A stretch of 64,000 nt of DNA. Origin: a virus. The notes beneath the pieces were generated by a model that saw only the letters and a program-made list of their open reading frames with translations, was not told the origin of the DNA and did not search any database. Location: IMG/VR virus record IMGVR_UViG_3300009030_000001, positions 1 to 64,000 of that record. One strand, written 5' to 3'. Below are positions 60,135 to 64,000 of this stretch, in pieces (the stretch's first letter is position 1; each line of letters begins with the position of its first letter). Position numbers and translations under genes: made by a program.

Positions 60135-61645
60135 ATGTCGATCTACAACAGAGTCACCGAACTCGAACGCGATGTCCTAGCGGCCCAGGCCGATGCTACC
60201 GCTGCACTTGCACCGGTCGAGGGTTCAACGATTCGTGTCGTAACTGCTGACGACACGCTGAATTCAGCGGACAGAGTTCTCCTGGTCGATGCCTCAAGCC
60301 GTCCGATCACCATCAGCCTTCCCGCTGCTGCGACTAGCACCAGAAAGCGGCAGGATGTGAAGAAGACGGACAGTTCACGCAACCCGGTTACGCTCGCCGG
60401 CAACGGGTCGGAAACGATCGAAGGTGGTCCGACAGCCGTTTTGAGGGTGCAGGGTGAAAGCATTACGGTCATCTCGGATGGCCTAAACCGGCATATACAT
60501 TAGCACGAATGGCCTACCAACCTATCCCCACAGATGTCAACCGCGGAGAAACCCGCATTGTCAGTAGCGATAGCACCGCCGAGGAACTTCTGCTGGCGAT
60601 CGTGGTCCGGCTCGACATCTTACTGGCGCACCTCGCGCTGATCACAGAGACCGAAATCGGACCCTCTGACATAGGAGAATAATCTCATGACCACAATAAA
60701 CGACCCAGATGGCAAAGCTGCCATGGTCAACGATGAAGGCCAGTTAGTCACTCGTTCCATTATCGAAACCGAGCTAGAGCACGCCTCGGTACAGGGCAAT
60801 GCCTACTCTTGGGACTCGCTCGAACTGGATATCGCCGCTGGCGGCACGATGCTGTTCGTACGCAACGACAGCGACACGCTGCTGGTCTTGGACTTTCTTA
60901 TCATCAATGGATCCGACGTGATCTGCACGTGGGATGTCGGCCTCGGTGAGGAAACGACCACGCCTGCCGGGGGAACCGAGGTCATCGGCGTCAACCTGAA
61001 CCGGGTCTTCAGTAGCAAGCGGGCCGCCGCGACTTCCAGGTCGGATGAGACGGCGGTGGCGGACGCGGATGTCATCGCTCGCATCAAGACCCCCATTAGT
61101 GGTCACCACATCCACCGATTGGACGGGGTGATTCTCGGCAAAAACCATTACATCCAGATCAATCAGGAAACCGAGTCAGTCTCTGGTTCCGTCGGCCTGG
61201 TCGCTCACTATGAGGCTCCGGAATGATCAAGGTGAGGATTGCTGACGGCACCTCGGGCCGCGTCGCCAAGGTCACCAAGGCGGGAGGGCTGGCCCAGACT
61301 CCGCCCGCTTTCGACCTGACCAAGTTCCAGGAGTTGAGCATCGCCGACACGGCCTTCAACTTCTACAGCCCACGGCCCCAGCAGAAGTTCGTCATCACTG
61401 GGATGCGGATCAAGGCGAATCGGGCAGTCAGCAATACGGTGGACGCCACGATCATCGTCTATGAAGCCGAGCAGGTCGATACGACTACGGTCGGCAAGGT
61501 TCTGCACGAAGAGGCACTGATTCGAGGCGAGGGAGCCACCTTGCTGCCCATCAACCTTGAGGTCGCGAAGGGCAAGTGGATCAACGCCAAGACGGACGAC
61601 GCTAGCGTGTTCATCACGATTCTGGGATTCTTCACCGCTGCATGA
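60135..61645 (+). other. Putative virion structural/decoration genes (60135-60503, ~60509-60682, 60687-61226, 61223-61645)
   Basis: Beta-rich proteins. 60135 has the D..LLVDA....ITI.LP.A......VKK.D...N.VT......ETI.G motif common in tail proteins. Confidence 0.5.
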
Positions 61646-62029
61646 CCATGATCATGGACGGAAGGCCCACCGTTCGTGTATACATGCGCACCGCTGGCAC
61701 TGGGAGTGCCGGAAGTGGACTGCCCTGGTGGTTTGGAGGGGCCTTCGGCCACCAGGGCCTTTACTTCGTGACAGCCCAGAACATCGGTGGCAGTAACCAT
61801 GGTAGAAGCACGACGACCAACGAGTCGAGAGATCGACGCGGTCAACGAACGGAGACGGGGACTCTCCACGGGCGAACGCCTTGAACTCTCGGCTGCGATT
61901 GGAGTCGAAAGGCAGATGATGGCGATGGTCGATTGTTCCACGGGCGAACGCGTCAGCGACGACGAATTTTACCGCCGATTGATGAAGCACTACGGGATCG
62001 AACTCGGCAGGGTGTAGGATCCCACAACT

Positions 62030-62255
62030 AACGCTGAGACGTCGAACAGCGACCGTGATTCCGCGGGGCACAAGCCGGCCCGGAACCGGGCCACAGGCGT
62101 GACGGGCCGGAGAGACGGCCAACAGGCAGCGCGCTTCGGGGGCGACCCCCGGATGCCGAACGCAAGTTCGTGATGGGAATAGAAATCCCCAGCCCGGTGT
62201 GAATCCGGGGCGCTGTTTCCACACACCCTGAAGGGGAGTTCGCTACTCCCCGTTG
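62030..62255 (+). ncRNA. Highly structured non-coding RNA with a tRNA-like domain (62125-62221)
   Basis: Serial hairpins with GNRA loops (GCGA, GCAA), T-like arm CCCGG-TGTGAAT-CCGGG, closing helix + T + CCA. Confidence 0.55.
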
Positions 62256-62262
62256 ACTCCTG

Positions 62263-62300
62263 CCCACCGCAGTTCTCCCGGCTGCGGTGGGTTTTTCTTT
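62263..62300 (+). terminator. Intrinsic terminator
   Basis: CCCACCGCAG...CTGCGGTGGG followed by TTTTTCTTT. Confidence 0.85.
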
Positions 62301-62400
62301 CCATGCGTTGTGTCGTGCCTCGAATCGACTTGCATCGATCCGTCGAGAAATCTCGCTAAGGTTGCGGAGTAGTACGTTTCGTGGCTACCATGCGAACGCC

Positions 62401-62978
62401 ATGGATTCGTCTACGAAGTCGCCGCCGCCTGCTCAAGTCGTGATCGACAAGAACAAGACATCCGTGACCCTGGGAGTAGCCGCCGCGCTTGTGCTAGCCT
62501 ATTCTTGGAATGCCGTTGCCATCAACGACATGCAGAACGGCATCGCCAACAACGGCAAAGCAATCGAGGAGGTCAAGGTCCAGGTCGCGAAGATCGGAGA
62601 AGCGGTAACGGGTCACGCGCGAGACATCATCCGTCTCCAAGAACGAAGCCGCGAATACGACAAGCGACTACAGGCTCTTGAAAAGGAGAAGTGAAATGGC
62701 TGAAACGCGAAAACATCGTCGTTACCGTCTTGATCGCGCTGCTGTTCCTCGCCATCTACGATCGGTGGGCGACTAGCACGCTGTACAGAAGTGTCCAAAC
62801 CGCCATCGAACTCAACAACGATCTTATGTCAAAGCTAAGCCAAACCTTCGTGACTGATTCAGGCGTTACCCAGACCTACACGCTGACCCGGGACGAGGAT
62901 GAAACCACCGAAGAGTTTCGTGATCGCTTCAAGGCCGACGTCGCCAAGCTGATAGACGACAACCCTCCGGCACCGTAG
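62401..62978 (+). other. Two single-TM membrane proteins (62401-62694, 62691-62978), holin/lysis-like
   Basis: N-terminal TM helix plus coiled coil or soluble tail. Confidence 0.45.
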
Positions 62979-63849
62979 TGGTAACCAAGCGGAGTAGGCA
63001 CGGCGGCTTGTGGACCGAGACCAAGCGAGTCGTCGATGGTGAGGTAAAGCAGGTGATCTGCGCATGCCCGGAAAGAGGCGCGGCCGAGACTCGACGAGTC
63101 TGCGCTGACTTCAAACAGGCGAAAACGCCGTGTGCGTGCTACTGCCACAGCACGGAGATATTCCACGCTGGAGGCGCACTTGCCTGAGACGTCGTACTGC
63201 CCGTGGTGCAAACAGGATGTCGAGAAGGCTGTCCTCGCCGAAGCCTCGAACCTGCGTGAGATTGCCCTAGAGGACGTTGACGAACTCCTGTTCCATGCCG
63301 AGCACGATGAAGCCAACGACATGAAGACGGTTATGCGGCTTCGCGCTGCGATCCGTCAGTTGAGATGTTGCACCCGATGTCATTTTGTGACCTGTGAGTG
63401 TGAACCCGCCGCTGCCGGAGGTCCGTCGTGAGTGTCCAGACTGGAGGAGATCCTCCGACCTACACGACTCGCTACCGCTTTCCGCCCGATGATGGTCGGT
63501 GCGGCATAGGACCGAAGTTCGAGGATGAATTCGGGTTCGGAGTGCCGGTCGACTTCAGCGGCTTTCGAGATATTCCTACGCCACCCGAACCGCTCGGCTA
63601 TCGATGCGACGGTTCGCTCCGACTTCCTCCAGAGGAGAACTACGAATGAGCCACCATTTGACAGACGACGGGGACTTCAAGAGCGATAAGTATCCGTGGT
63701 GTCCGGTTGGATTCTTCCCGCTGAATGTCACCGACCCAAGAGCGCAATCGTGCATGTTGCTCTACGCTGAGTTGACGAAAGATCCAGAGTTGGCCGCCGA
63801 TCTCCGGCAAGCTGTCATAAACCATCGGAAAATCCAATGCGAATCCTGA
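62978..63849 (+). other. Small hypothetical genes (62978-63187, ~63180-63431, 63428-63649, 63646-63849)
   Basis: Coupled ORFs, some Cys-rich. Confidence 0.5.
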
Positions 63850-64000
63850 TCCTATCGTTCATCGTGTGCTGCCTTCCGTCCTGCAAAATGGTCGGTGCGC
63901 TGTTGCAGAATCAGGACAGCATCCAAACGGTGATCGGTGGAGTGGCGAAGCTCGCCGAGGTGTACGAAGCGGGCGAGAAGAAGTTCGCTGAGTTGAAGAA
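63837..64000 (+). CDS. Lipoprotein, 3'-truncated
   Basis: MRILILSFIVCCLPS-C lipobox; open to the window end. Confidence 0.5.
   Translation, partial: MRILILSFIVCCLPSCKMVGALLQNQDSIQTVIGGVAKLAEVYEAGEKKFAELK

Noticed and set aside
1-64000. Genome-wide UGA reassignment (code 4/25)
   Set aside because: Many genes end in TGA overlapping the next start, TGG is used for Trp, and long genes lack internal TGA. I found only two hairpin-associated cases.
1-64000. Integrase, portal, major capsid or host genes marking a prophage boundary
   Set aside because: None was recognised in this window, so lifestyle and genome ends cannot be determined.

Overview
This is a 64-kb slice of a GC-rich tailed dsDNA phage (siphovirus-like). 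Positions 1-20.7 kb carry the neck and tail genes: adaptor, a giant fibre/LamG protein fused to two tail-terminator-like domains, tail tube, frameshifted chaperone, tape measure and a GTA-type DUF2460/DUF2163/megatron baseplate. Positions 20.7-54 kb carry replication (initiator with iterons, DnaC-like loader), recombination (YqaJ, RecT, RusA), HNH, methylase and many small accessory genes. TerS is on +, and TerL lies in an inverted block at 54.1-57.8 kb. Portal, capsid and integrase are not visible. Three features stand out. (1) A TIGR-Tas-like system: a nuclease-less Nop/IS110-domain protein (42039-43151) flanked on both sides by ~34 units of a 34-nt dual-repeat/dual-spacer array. (2) About 2 kb upstream, a RAMP/Cas7-like gene and a partner gene followed by a GGY-NN pentamer array (VIPR-like). 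(3) Two small genes missed by the ORF track, each with an in-frame UGA-Pro followed by a SECIS-like hairpin with a CGUG loop, which are candidate phage selenoproteins. There is also a 4-copy promoter/leader motif, two tRNA-like elements and several structured RNAs. All family calls come from motif recognition by eye; no searches were run.
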